In this document: piece by piece, positions 39,201 through 53,000 of the stretch
Layout of the letters: each line of letters starts with the position of its first letter
How positions within the stretch are numbered: position 1 is the stretch's first letter
NCBI GenBank assembly: GCA_043228905.1
Contig: JBHGNT010000005.1
Location: forward strand, 3,968,001-4,032,000
Source of the DNA: Azolla caroliniana
Taxonomy: Eukaryota > Plantae > Polypodiophyta
Length of the DNA: 64,000 nt
Direction: 5' to 3'
Program-made: the position numbers and the translations under genes
Notes under the pieces: generated by a model
Told to the model about the DNA's origin: nothing
Seen by the model: only the letters and a program-made list of their open reading frames with translations
Databases searched by the model: none

Positions 39201-41394
39201 ATCTGCATACCGTTGGTAACCCAATGATTCTTCACTGCATGATGGTGGTGACTCTGCAACGTTAAACTCATTTGTATCCACTGCTGCATCTTCAGTGGAG
39301 CTTTCTGGATCACCAATCCTAGAGTTGATCCTTGACCTAGACGAATCTTTAGCCCGAGGCTGAGGCCTATAGCTTTCATCTGGCATTGGGTGTGAATATC
39401 TAGCATTCGTGGTTTGTGAAGGATGTGGAAGAAAATTACTGCTCATACAGTCTTCTTGTTCATGCCTTGGTAAAAAGGACTTGGACTCTTGAATGAACTT
39501 CATAAAGAAATCTTTGTTGGTCTGTAAAAAGTTTAGGGTATCCTGAAGCTCTCTTGACTCTTTAAATCTCTCTTCTTGTGTGGTTATCCTTGAGCTGCTA
39601 TGTTTTTCACTTATATCTGCACGATGCATCTTTTCATAAAGAACTTCATGTTTATCAATCTTAGATAAAGATGAATTGTCATTTTTGGCTGACTTTTTTG
39701 AATGGCCTAACTTTTGGCTTCGCAATGCATCAAAATCTTTCCTTAACTCTTCAAGCTGTTCTTCCTGTGGATGATTTTGGAAGGATAGATATTGGACATC
39801 ATTTTCTTCATCATATTCCATCCGATTTTGTTGGAGATTGCTTGTGTGCTGACCTGTGATAGCAGATGCTTTTTTGGTTTTCGAGAACTGTCTAACATTG
39901 TGAGACGGTTTATCCTGGTGATCCTGTCTCTCTATGATTACTTTATGAGAAGTTTTCTCATCTATATTGGGTATCACCTTCCCTGTTGACCCCTTATGTA
40001 GGGTTTTAGGGCTTATCGGCTGTGGTTTATTAAGAGTTTTAGAATTTGTAGGTAATGTCTTCTGAAGCGTTTTCGAACCCATCGGCAGTGCTTCCAGACC
40101 CATCAACCGTGCAACCACACTGGGGGTATGATTCTTGACATCTGGGCCTTTTGATGATTCTCGTTTAATGAGACCCTTCACAGGCATTCCATTGGATTTT
40201 CTCAAGGCTGATGCAGTAGGTGTTTCATGCCAATACTGCAAATTATGTGTAAAAAGAATACCTATTAGTCAAATGGATCAACATCCTTGTTTGAGAAGCA
40301 CAAAACGTAAAAGCATTCACACTACCTGAGTATCTTCATTTTTTGGTGGCTTTAACTTGGTAGCTTCTGCAAAACTACCTTCCACATGCAAACTATTTTC
40401 CGGGGGAGTCAGACCTAACCAAAAGATAGTGTTAATTCAAAGCATAGAAATGTGCCAAGTTTCTGCATAAGACAGCTAGAAATTTAATAGTAGTTCCTAG
40501 GATAACATTCTCAAACAATGGAAATACCCTGGAGAAGAGGTAGCCTGTGCGAACCGTCCACATGACTATGATAATCTTTTAGGAAAAAGGTGACCATAAA
40601 GCATACTTGATGGTTAAATATATTTCTAAAGTGAATAATTTCCAGTGGAAATAGATAAGTGTTCTTCCAGCGTCCTATAAATTTCCATTATTTTCTCATG
40701 ATTTCCATTTATTTCCATGCAGTAAAAGGAAGACCAACAAAATACTAAAGAAATGATTATACTAAATGTTGATTTTCTTTAGCATCCCTCCATTGTAAAA
40801 AAGTTGCCTGATCTTACAGATGAAAATAATAATTGTCTATACGATAATTAACCAGCTGCAGTCAACAGCTATCTGTACCAAATTCAACATATGCATTCAG
40901 CTGCACATACTAGACTTAATCAATCACGTTCAATAACTATCCAGAAGAGACTTAATCAGTTGCATTCTACATCTATTCATACCAAAATTAATCAGCTGCA
41001 TTCTGCGGAAATCTATAATACATCTACTTAGTTACATTCAACAGCCATTGAGACTTGAGATGCACTTGGCAGTGGAATATACCAGATGTAATCTGACGTA
41101 TGAAACAGCTAAGTGATTGCATTCGATAGCCACATATACCAGATGAATCTGGTTGCATTCAAACTTTGTGTACACCATATATAAACTGGTAACATTCAAC
41201 AGCTATCTATACTAGATTCCCATTATTTGCATTCAACCGGTATTTATATCAGATTAAATCAGTTACATTCAACACAAATACATCAAATTACCTGATTTCA
41301 GTTTCTTTTCAGTTGTTAGTTTCCTCCCAGAGAGGGCCTGATTGAAGTCGAAAAGATGCATAAGCCCCCCCATCCAACCAGCTTTATCTCGTTC
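36280..41394 (-). CDS. TON1-recruiting motif (TRM)/LONGIFOLIA family protein (DUF3741 VARLMGL plus DUF4378); true start uncertain
   Basis: Exons 41394-41292, 40575-40528, 40414-40326, 40235-37875, 37537-37348 and 36971-36280 are phase-compatible. Motifs: GWMGGLMHLFDF, PSVVARLMGLEALP, PTRIVVLKPS, EQPSPVSILD, YVRDVLLASG, RRLLFDSVNEIL, W...EVEALGLEMERMIIDDLIEELL. Confidence 0.93.
40848..41275. repeat. Degenerate tandem array of about 36-bp units (about 12 copies) in a TRM intron
   Basis: Approximate consensus TTAATCAGTTGCATTCAACAGCTATCTATACCAGA; clear units start at 40848, 40916, 40952 and 40988 (36-bp spacing for the last three) and continue more degenerately to about 41275. Confidence 0.8.
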
Positions 41395-42492
41395 CTATAA
41401 AAAATAAAACTGATATATCAGAACTATTTTCTCATAACAACAAAGAGACAGAGCATTGTGAGGCATATTATAGAATTTCAGCTGATTTATTAGGTCTATT
41501 TTCTGTAGCAACAGCAAACAAGCACTTTGGCATGATAAAGAAACAAGATGTTACAAGAGATGCCTCTCTTTCCATCTTGTGTGGCAGTAAGATCATTCTT
41601 CGATGGAAAACTAGCAGAAATTTTTTACTGACATACATGAGAACGCATTAAACAACACAAAAAAACACGTATTGTGAGATGCACCACCGTGTCCTTCAAG
41701 AAGAACACAAACAAAATAATAAAGAAAAAATGCCTTAAAAAACCCAATGCAGGCCTTAAAATCAACACAACGAGGTGACGAATGGAGAAGTATACATATT
41801 ATAATGGAAAAGCAATGCGTAGAGACATTTTTCATAAATATACAGACATAGTAGAAGTGATGATGGAAATGATTTTGTGAACCAGAAAAGCAAGGAGATA
41901 ATTAGAAATGATGAATAAAGGCTTCTCAGAACCAGACATCAAACCTTTTGCGGAAAAACACAGATGCAATCACAAATTATGGAAACAGTAATGAGAACTA
42001 CAAAAGCAAATATCTCTTGCAGAAGAACACAGAATTGATGAAAATGCTTTAAAAAACTGAAATTAAGCATTACTTGCAGAAAGAACACAGAGATGGTGGA
42101 TGGCAAAGGCGTTAAGGAAAAGAAATCAGACGTTACAGAATAACACAGACACTAGGAGTAGAAAGTGAGAAAGAAGTACCAAGTTCGCAACTTCTATTCA
42201 TGTAGATCGATATATCTCAATGGAAAGACGGATCGGCCGTTTTGCATCGCATTTCCAATGTAGAGGAAGAGGAAGTTGCGCCTGAGAGATGGTGATTCCT
42301 TGAGTGTAGAGAGAGGAGGAGGGTTAGAGGGGGGGGGGGGGAGGAACTGGATATGGTTAGGTTAAAGCGAAGAAGAAGAAGAAAAAAAAAGGCGGCTGAG
42401 AGAGGGAGAGAAAGGAGGAGTATCTTTACTGTCACCGCCGCAGTGAAAATGACTGTTTTGAAGAAAGCCTCTGCAAATGCACACAGAGAGAG

Positions 42493-42527
<35 letters not shown>

Positions 42528-42624
42528 AGGGAGCTGAGAGCAGAGACTGATTGTTTTACTGAGGAGAGGAAGACGAAGAAAGAGAATGAGAGACGGACAG
42601 CTCACACCTCACTCACCATACCCA

Positions 42625-42665
<41 letters not shown>

Positions 42666-44215
42666 TAAAAGTGCACGGTTCTTCTCGGTCTCGAAACTCC
42701 GTCTGTCTTTTCATGCTTTCTTTCTTTCTTGTTGTGTCTAGGAGGAAGACGGAGACGGAGACGAAGATGGTCGGAATTGGAATCGGGTCCATCCATTTCC
42801 CGAAGCCTCACTTGCCCCTCGTTCTTCCATTGGCCAATTGATCTTCTCCTTCCGCTATATTGTGTTTCGGGGGTGCATGGAGCAGGTGGGGTAAAGAGAT
42901 AATCAATCAATCCATCGAGGAGTAGCTTGGGGTGTGTGGCATACACCGATGATCGGTCACGACTCCTTTTGTCCCGGCGATATTAATCGTGTGTTGATCG
43001 AAAACTTCGTAGACCTACTTCGAACATGCTCTAAAACGGCCAAATATTGTGGAGCCCTAACAACAACTGCATTGATGAAGAACAACCTTTCTATGGTAAT
43101 CATTTTGCCTATCCACTTGTGTGTTGGTAGGAGGTAATTTGTTGTATAACAAACTTGCAATGATCTAAATTTAGGAAGTGCACACAAAAATATATTGGGG
43201 TGGGAAACTATCATCAAGTATGTTTAGTTGACTTCGAGCTTACTAGAGGATATATATTATTAGGTTTTGACAATGTGCTTGGAGATTGATGTGCATCATG
43301 TAAACAATTTAACAACTCTTTTGGCAATGTGAGCATTGTTTGAGGGGACAAACAACAAAGTGGATCACACACGAAGTAACTCAACAACTTGGTAAATTCG
43401 TCTCTTTAAGCAAGTAGAATATATTTTTTAGACGACAAACTAAGAAATCATACCCAAACAAAACATCATGATCTATTCATCTACTGAGTTGGATTCTACA
43501 TCGTGTCTACATATCAGGGAAAAAATATGTGAGCAAACATAACTAATAGAAATACTCATAAGCCACTTGGATATGTTTTTGACTCGTAACTATTATTAAA
43601 ATCAAGTGTAAAGGTTTTTTGGTATGTATGCACATGCCCTATTGTGTTAACACTCTAATTTCTAAATGCAAATGTGGAGGAAGAACTAGCATATAAAACA
43701 ATGGAGTGCAAGTTGAACTCAAATAGAGACCATAAACTAAGTTGCCATTGTTTTTATTTTAGGGGGGGAAGGAGCATTGACTATCCTTATCTAGATGAGC
43801 TATGATTGACATATTATCGCAAAAAAATACAAGTGCAAGGCAAAAAGCCACAGTATCGATCAAGTGGTTATCATCTCTATTGGCCTCAATTCAATGCACA
43901 CCATGTGAATTGTGTGATCCATTTAGTTATGCCATGTACGTAGTAATAAATCATATGCATTTATTGTTTGGTCATTTCCACCTATCCCTCTCTTTTAGCA
44001 TATATGGCTCATGAAAGAGTATGGGGATTCGCTCTCGAGTGCAACATGATCTTGGATGGGTGAAAGGTGAAAGTCGTGGAGGTCTTAGGTAATCAAATGT
44101 GATTTGTTTTGAAGTTGGGTTCATAACATCGAGGCCATGCATCTACTTGGTTATGACTCTACAAATAATATAGTTATGTTCCTTTTTATTACTACACAAC
44201 AATGGTTGTTTTTTT

Positions 44216-44246
<31 letters not shown>

Positions 44247-45353
44247 GCAATAGGCAATAGTTCCAAATCCTATTAATTCCAACTTGGGTTTTTTTGTGCA
44301 AGTTTTACGTGTTTTCGATTATTAGCACAAACCGATCATGGCAACAACAATAAAGAATATCCATCAACATTTGCGACTACGACAAATCTAATTACCAAGC
44401 ATGTGTTTTATTTATTATTGCAACGAGATGGCGTCCACCGTCCAATCAATTACACAAGCTTTTCTTTGCCAATATGGCCACACAAAAATGCCAACAAGCT
44501 CTCATTTCAAAATTAAGTCCCTAGAAACATTTCTAGAGCTATCTCTTGATTGGGAATTATGTGACAATCAAAGAGCAAAAATATGGTTCACAAATAGCAT
44601 GACTTGAACCAACAAGGATCGCGATAGATTGTGTCATCTCAAAAAATAGACCACGTCCTATTTATATTTTAACAAAATTAATTCGATATAATAACCTATT
44701 AATGTATGACTTTTATGTATGCATGAAACATACACCCATACAAGAAAAAATTGTTATTAAAATTTAACTTACACTTCGAATTCCAACAATCCTCTCAAGA
44801 ATTTGTGATCCACATTTCTCTTTTATTCTCTTCAATGCATATTAGATACTCATTTTTCTTTCCTCTTCCCCCCTTGACACATTAGATGAAACCCTTTACA
44901 TAAAGGGTTTCACATGTACCAACGGCTAAGAGCACGTTGCCACTTAGCTCTCATTCTTTACCTTGCATACAATGATTACATTGACTACATTTATGGGAAT
45001 ATAATTCCTAATCCATGACATCCTAATGGTTTTTACATTCTTTCAAAGAAGAAGGGTGTTGGTGGTGGCGCCAATGCAAAAAATGCTTTCTACATGACCG
45101 TTCAAAATGCCCAACAAATCCCTATGGGGGAAGTGCACATGTAACTAGATTGAAGAATAATATCCAGCCTCACGTAACTCCACATCCATTGACAACTATC
45201 AACGATATTTGCAACAATAAGTTTGGGGATGTTTGACACTCATACATACATGTGATGCTAGCCTTAGCATATATTGTGAACGAATCCTTTCCTAAAGATA
45301 TTAGCGTGAGATAAAAGTGTATTTGGGAGGAAGCTCCAAACCCTTGCACACAA

Positions 45354-45425
45354 ATGGAGTTATTGGAGGAGGTGAACATAGGAATAACCAAATATCTCGA
45401 GTAGGTTTACATCACAAATGGCTTA
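45354..45425 (+). mobile_element. Possible Ty3/Gypsy pol linker remnant (between protease and RT)
   Basis: MELLEEVNIGITKYLE*VYITNGL resembles the LEE(V/I)NLGT...P.YIS segment of Gypsy polyproteins; short and degraded. Confidence 0.35.
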
Positions 45426-46639
45426 TGACTACCTTTTCAATAACTCACTTACCTCTTTTGGCAATACAATAATATGTTCTCTTGGTTGTGCAAGGATAAG
45501 CAAAGTTTGATTCTATTAGCATGAATTATGATTGAAGATGAATGTGAATTATTTCATCATTTGACATTAAATTACATACATATAATTTTATAATACTTAC
45601 CATAGTTTTAGATGATAATATCAAATAGATGTCATGGAATTATGGGATTTATTTACAAAAACCTTGTGTTCGAAGATTAACATTCAGAAACCACAAAGCA
45701 CACGATTATACATATAAGGTTCTAATAATGATTATACTATAATTAAGCAGCATATTATGGTAATGCAATATTGTCCGTCGCTTAGAAAGATATGGAAAAT
45801 GTATTTGATAAGCATGCTTGTAATGTTATAAATGGTAGATTAGCATTATAACAATTGGAAGCTTGGTTGAATCATGATTAAATCATTAATATTTCAATGT
45901 GAGTTTGCTAAAGCCTGTACATATGTAATGATGATTATGCATGCATCGACTAACCCTAATGTCTAAGCTTGAAACATTTATTTGTAACAAAACGTTGGAT
46001 GGTGGACGAATATGACCACACAACAAATATCATTGTCAACTTGACTAGATGTGTGTGCAATGTTTTATGTAAGGTGCAAAGTGATGCCTTTTTTTTAAGG
46101 GGAAATTGGAGAGATGATAAGCTATGACCTATGAAAACGTGCACTTATAGATTCAAACAAAATTACTCCCATGATGTTGGATAGGGTTAAGGAACCAATA
46201 CATGTGATCAACGCATAACACGAGCTTAAAAATGATATGAGTTGTATTCATGTGGAGTATCTAAGTGATGGAGTCGAGACTCATACAGGCATAACAATAT
46301 AATGTAGCGAGTTATTGTTTATGGGGTCAAGCTAACGTGATTGATCGATCGACCTTGGTTTTTCTCTCTTTGTTTACAGGGTTGGCACTTTCCATAACAA
46401 GAAGAAGCCAAGCCAAGAAGGTGTAATGTTGTTTGATTAGTTTCCTTTGATCTCAATAGCTGTTAGATACTGGCATAATTTTGACCAATCCGCTGCGAGG
46501 AAGCAGATTGTGCTTGTCTACATGGCTTTCCAACCGTCGATCTGATAAAGCGAAGCCTTAATGAACGGCTAGATGTGATACGATAACGGGAGTCGTTGAT
46601 TTCTCGGATCGCAAGAAAATCGAACGCTTCCCGCGAGGC

Positions 46640-48310
<1,671 letters not shown>

Positions 48311-49526
48311 GTTCTTGCAGACTCCAATCTGTACAGAAGAAGGAAGAAGAAGAAAAGGAAGAAGAATTTAGATAGTTATGTAGGTTGTTTTCAGTATGTG
48401 TTATTGTCTGTTTTATGCTTTTTCTTGCTGAACTGCTGATGGGGTGACATTTTATGAAACTGTTAATTTGTACCCAGAAGTTGTTTAGAGCTTGTTAGTT
48501 CAGCATAGCTGAACTGGATTCTTTGTTTAACAATCTATTGAAGCAAACCTATTTATACTGTTTGTGTGGACACTGTTTGTACATCTGGATCCATGTTGTG
48601 GATTAATGGGTTCCTTGTCTTATCATACTGAATGATAATGACTCATCAATTCAAAATGGGAAAGCAGAAAGGAGATTGTGTTTCATATGACTCGTACAGG
48701 GTGGTTATTTGCATTGTGTATTTACATATGTATGGTAGTTTGTATTTAGAATTGGCTATTTATCTGAATCAATGACCAAAGAAAATGATATAATTGTGAT
48801 TATTGGAATGTCTATGGGAAGATTTTTAAAGGGTGTGGTATGTTTGGTGGTGATTTATAATGGCACAAAATGGTACTAATAGGTAGGTAGATGATTGCTA
48901 TTTTTGTATGGTAATTTATGATCTACGTGATTGGTTTGTTACTAAATGCGGAATGATTCATGAACTGACGCATAATTGAGAGGAAAAAACAGCTCCATGT
49001 GAGTAATAATGAACTGATGAGAAGCCTTTATGTTATATATAGAAGTCATGAAAAGGTTGGGCTGTTTAACAAAGACAACGTTTTAGAGAGTTAGTATAGG
49101 AGATGATTACCATTTTCCAATATGTAGACCAAGCTATAATTTTGTAATGTATAGAAGTTTTAAATAATATAGATTGTTATGATTTGGCTTGCATAAATGA
49201 TTTTGACTAAGCTATAAAGTTTGGTGGCCTATCCAGGAAACGAAGCACATGAAGTCACTAATTTGTCTATAATGATATTGTCCAGGATAATATTGTTCAT
49301 TGAAATAAATAGCTACAATCTCAAAACTATGAGCGGTAGATATTCTCACTTTGATGTGGTGGGGAGGCATATGAAACCCTCATGGGTAAGATCTAGGTTG
49401 TGTGTGGATGATATGTAATTGTTCACATGCACAACACTAAGTTGGTAACTTGAATTTAAAAGCAAAAAACAAGGAAATCATCTCTTTTCAAATCCTAATT
49501 CGATGTTCTTGTTATTATAGAAGAAT

Positions 49527-49860
49527 GATGCCTTCATTACATATACCTTAGGATTGCTAATATTCTCACACATGAATTCATGCTTTTCCGATGCTCTTCT
49601 AGTGTTGGCCCAAACAAGAAGGGTACATTTGGACTATTGCTAGAGCTGGCGAGGAGGCAATGTAAAAGTAAAGGCCCTCCTTATCCTATAGGCTGAATAG
49701 ACAAAAAAACGATGCCTTCATTATGCTATGGGATTGGTCATATTGCTACACGTACGAATTATGCTTTTCCGATGCTCTTCTAGTGTTGGCCCAAACAAGA
49801 AGGCTACTTTCGAGCCACCGCTAGGGGTGTCGAAGAGCTGAAGTTAAACTAAAGTCAAGC
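49527..49860. repeat. About 184-bp diverged tandem duplication upstream of the SET gene
   Basis: gatgccttcatta starts at 49527 and 49711; the core atgcttttccgatgctcttctagtgttggcccaaacaagaagg is identical at about 49580 and 49761. Confidence 0.9.
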
Positions 49861-50085
49861 ACAAATGCAAGGTGATGCCCCTGATGGGTGTGTTAATAAG
49901 GCTAGTTTTGGAATTGGCCCTAATGGGGAGGTTATATCTGTAAACTTCATCTCTATGCCACCATCTCCCTTGTGTTCACAATACATATGCATATGCATAT
50001 GCATATATGCGTTCTTATACGAACATAACTTAAAACTTCACATACATAGTATTAGGGGCCAGCGTTGTTATCGCATCTGTTGGCT

Positions 50086-53000
50086 ATGACACACGAAGAT
50101 GAAGAAAAACTGCAGAGATTTATACTCTGGCTTCAGGTAAATCTCACTTTCTTCCATATGGTGTGTATGTGTTTTCTGTTGATATACTCTTCTAGTGTTG
50201 TTTTTGTCAAGACTTTCCTTTCATGTGAGATATACATATTTTTTGAATAAATTCTCGCTAATCAGTGATATGAAAATTCTTTTGCTAATCGTGGTGTTAA
50301 TATGGTACTGCAAATTATCATATTTTGTTTATATTAAGAAGCAGAATGAACTTAAGTTTTGATGTAAACAAAAAGGAAAAATGGTAATCGATGTGTTGTG
50401 GCAATACTTCAAGGAATTCTTTTTTCTAGTATTGGGTGAAGTGGCCAGAAAACATTTCTAGGGGTTTTAAGTTAGACATAATGGAAAGTGACCCATGATG
50501 ATTTGAGGAAAATTTGAAATAGAAAAATTCTATTCAATGTAGCGATTGTTCAGTAAAAATGCAAATGCTCGGATTATCTAGCAATAGGTTGAATGGATTT
50601 TTTGTTCTTGAAATGCTTGGAAGTTGTTTGAAAATACCAGCAAATTCTTGGAAACTAGAATAATAAGAATATCTATATTTCAATGAATTATTTCTAGTCA
50701 TGGTCTGCGTAATTTCTCATGCTTATAGGAAAATATCTGGAATTTCGAGGAATTTAGAATAAGTAACATATATTGATATTGGAGTTTGTTCTCTTTTATA
50801 AAAATGTCTTGTGGATACATTCAAAAAATTCATGGGCCTTTGATGAATGAGACCACCATTAACTGGAAACTGTTGAAGGGTAGAAAAAGCTACATTGTGG
50901 ATAAGAGTTGAAATGTTGATGTCTGGTGATATTCAAAGAGCAAAGCTACCCTATTAGAAAAGACTGTATTGTGTTCTTGGATTCTGTTTTTTAACTACCG
51001 ATGCTAGAAACTTTTTTCATGCTTAACGTAATGTGATTTGAGCAAAAAATAAGTAAACAAGCATTAGAATTTGTTCCAAGGACTACAACTATTATATAAT
51101 ATAGTCTTATTGTTTGGCTTACTTGATGACAAGTTTATGGATGACATATGTGTAGAGTTCTTATATGCAATAGCTGATTGTGTACAGACAAATGGAGTAC
51201 AATTAGAGGTTTCGAGTATAAAGCATTCACATGGAAAATCCATAGGTCTTGGTGTTTTCTCATTGTATGACAATGGTCCAGGTAATTCATTGCACTTAGA
51301 CTATTGGACTGTCTTAACTCATTGTGAGGACTCAGGAGTATGGGAGACATAAACTCGTGGTTTAACTTAATTCTTGGTTGATGAATATGGAAGTTCGATT
51401 TTTATGCTGATTTATTTGGTCTGGGAGCATCATCATGCATCTGGATTGTTTCTGATGAAAGGCTTAGGAAAAATGGATTCTTTTCCTCACGACGGAAAGA
51501 AATATATTGTATAGGAAATGCATATAAGAAATATACTATTGGGATAAAGTAAAAAAGGCAGACAAGGATATTTGTTTTCACCAAATGCAAAAATTGCAAC
51601 AAGATCATCAAACTGAAATTGCTGATGCGTTGAACAGGTGTGCTTATGGTTACACCACTTACCCTAGCAATCACACCGATGAGCGTACTACAGAATCCAG
51701 ATTTTGGGGAAGCATATGGAAAATTGTTTGAAGAAGGAGAAGTGGATGATAGGCTGCTGGTGATCCTTTTCTTAATGGTGGAACGTCTTCGTGGTTCATG
51801 TTCTGTTTGGGCACCGTATTCCACTATGCCTTGCAAAGAAATGTATTTCTGTATATTATGTTGTAAAGATGGAATTCATTCCTTCCTCACATGTTATTCA
51901 GGTATTTTGATGTGCTACCAACCTCGTTTGGTACACCACTTTGGTTTACAGAGAAAGAGATCCAAGAGCTTAAGGGGACTAATCTTTTTAATGCTACAAA
52001 GATTCAGGTATCCATTGTCTCTATCCTAAATATCCCCATAACAATAATCAATATGTGGTCGAAGGGGATCAAAATTATTCTCTGGAACTAACTTGTAATG
52101 GTCGTTCTTAAATTTAATTAAAAAATATGGAGCCACATCAATGTTCGAATGGAAGCTCAATGGAGTTGTAATTTGCGTCTATTCCTTATATTCGGCAACC
52201 AAGTAGTAACATGAATCTTATCAAAATCTAGAAGCAGAGATTATGTGCTACAGTCCCATAGATCAATTTATTGAGGAAATGATTTATTTTGGAAAATATG
52301 ATGTAAAGGGACAGCATACTTTAAAGTCCAGGCTAAAGATAAAGATACTGACAATGATTTTTTTGGATTAGGGCTACTAGGGCTACTAGGGCTACTAGGG
52401 CTAAACATGCACTAGATTTCAAGATGAGGAAATGGTAGGGAAAAGATAAGTGATTTCAATAACTTGCAATAGATCAAAAGAATCAATTCTAACAAGATTC
52501 AAATGTCTCTCTCATGATTGCATTATAGTCTACAAATTCTACAAATAAAATAGAACAATGGATATGGATCTCGTTTTGTTGCAGTCTGTTTTGGGAAATT
52601 AGGGCATGAATGGCAAAAAACGTTATTTGCTACTGGATGACAGAATGGAAAACCATTCTGTTAAAAGATGCTGATGTAGGGTACAAGGATCAAACCATTT
52701 CACTAAATCCCTTCGTTTGATATGACATATCCTTTTGGCTTTCAGTATGAGGGTGTGGGGACTCAGGATGATCTCCAGCATTAATACTTGTTTCACAAGC
52801 CTATAGGCTTGTGAAGTTGCCTCCATATAAGTACTTTTGAAGAAAACCTATTAAATTAGCCATGCAAAATTCCAGCTTTATAAGAATAATATGCCTTTTC
52901 AGTGTTGCCTCATAAGAGACACCGAGAAGAAGATGAGTGCTTCTATCTGATGATTATTTGGGGGATGGACATTCAGCCCAGATGAATATGGACACCAGGT

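Noticed and set aside
40848-41275. CRISPR-like array
   Set aside because: Units are contiguous and degenerate without unique spacers, lie in a eukaryotic intron, and no cas genes are present.
51816-52016. Possible U12-type introns in the SET gene (donors GTATTCCA and GTATCCAT; branch-like ttcctcac)
   Set aside because: Neither donor matches GTATCCTT and no TCCTTAAC branch site precedes the matching acceptors, so they are treated as U2 introns.
52368-52403. Interstitial telomere
   Set aside because: The unit is TAGGGCTAC, not TTTAGGG or TTAGGG, and there are only about 4 copies.
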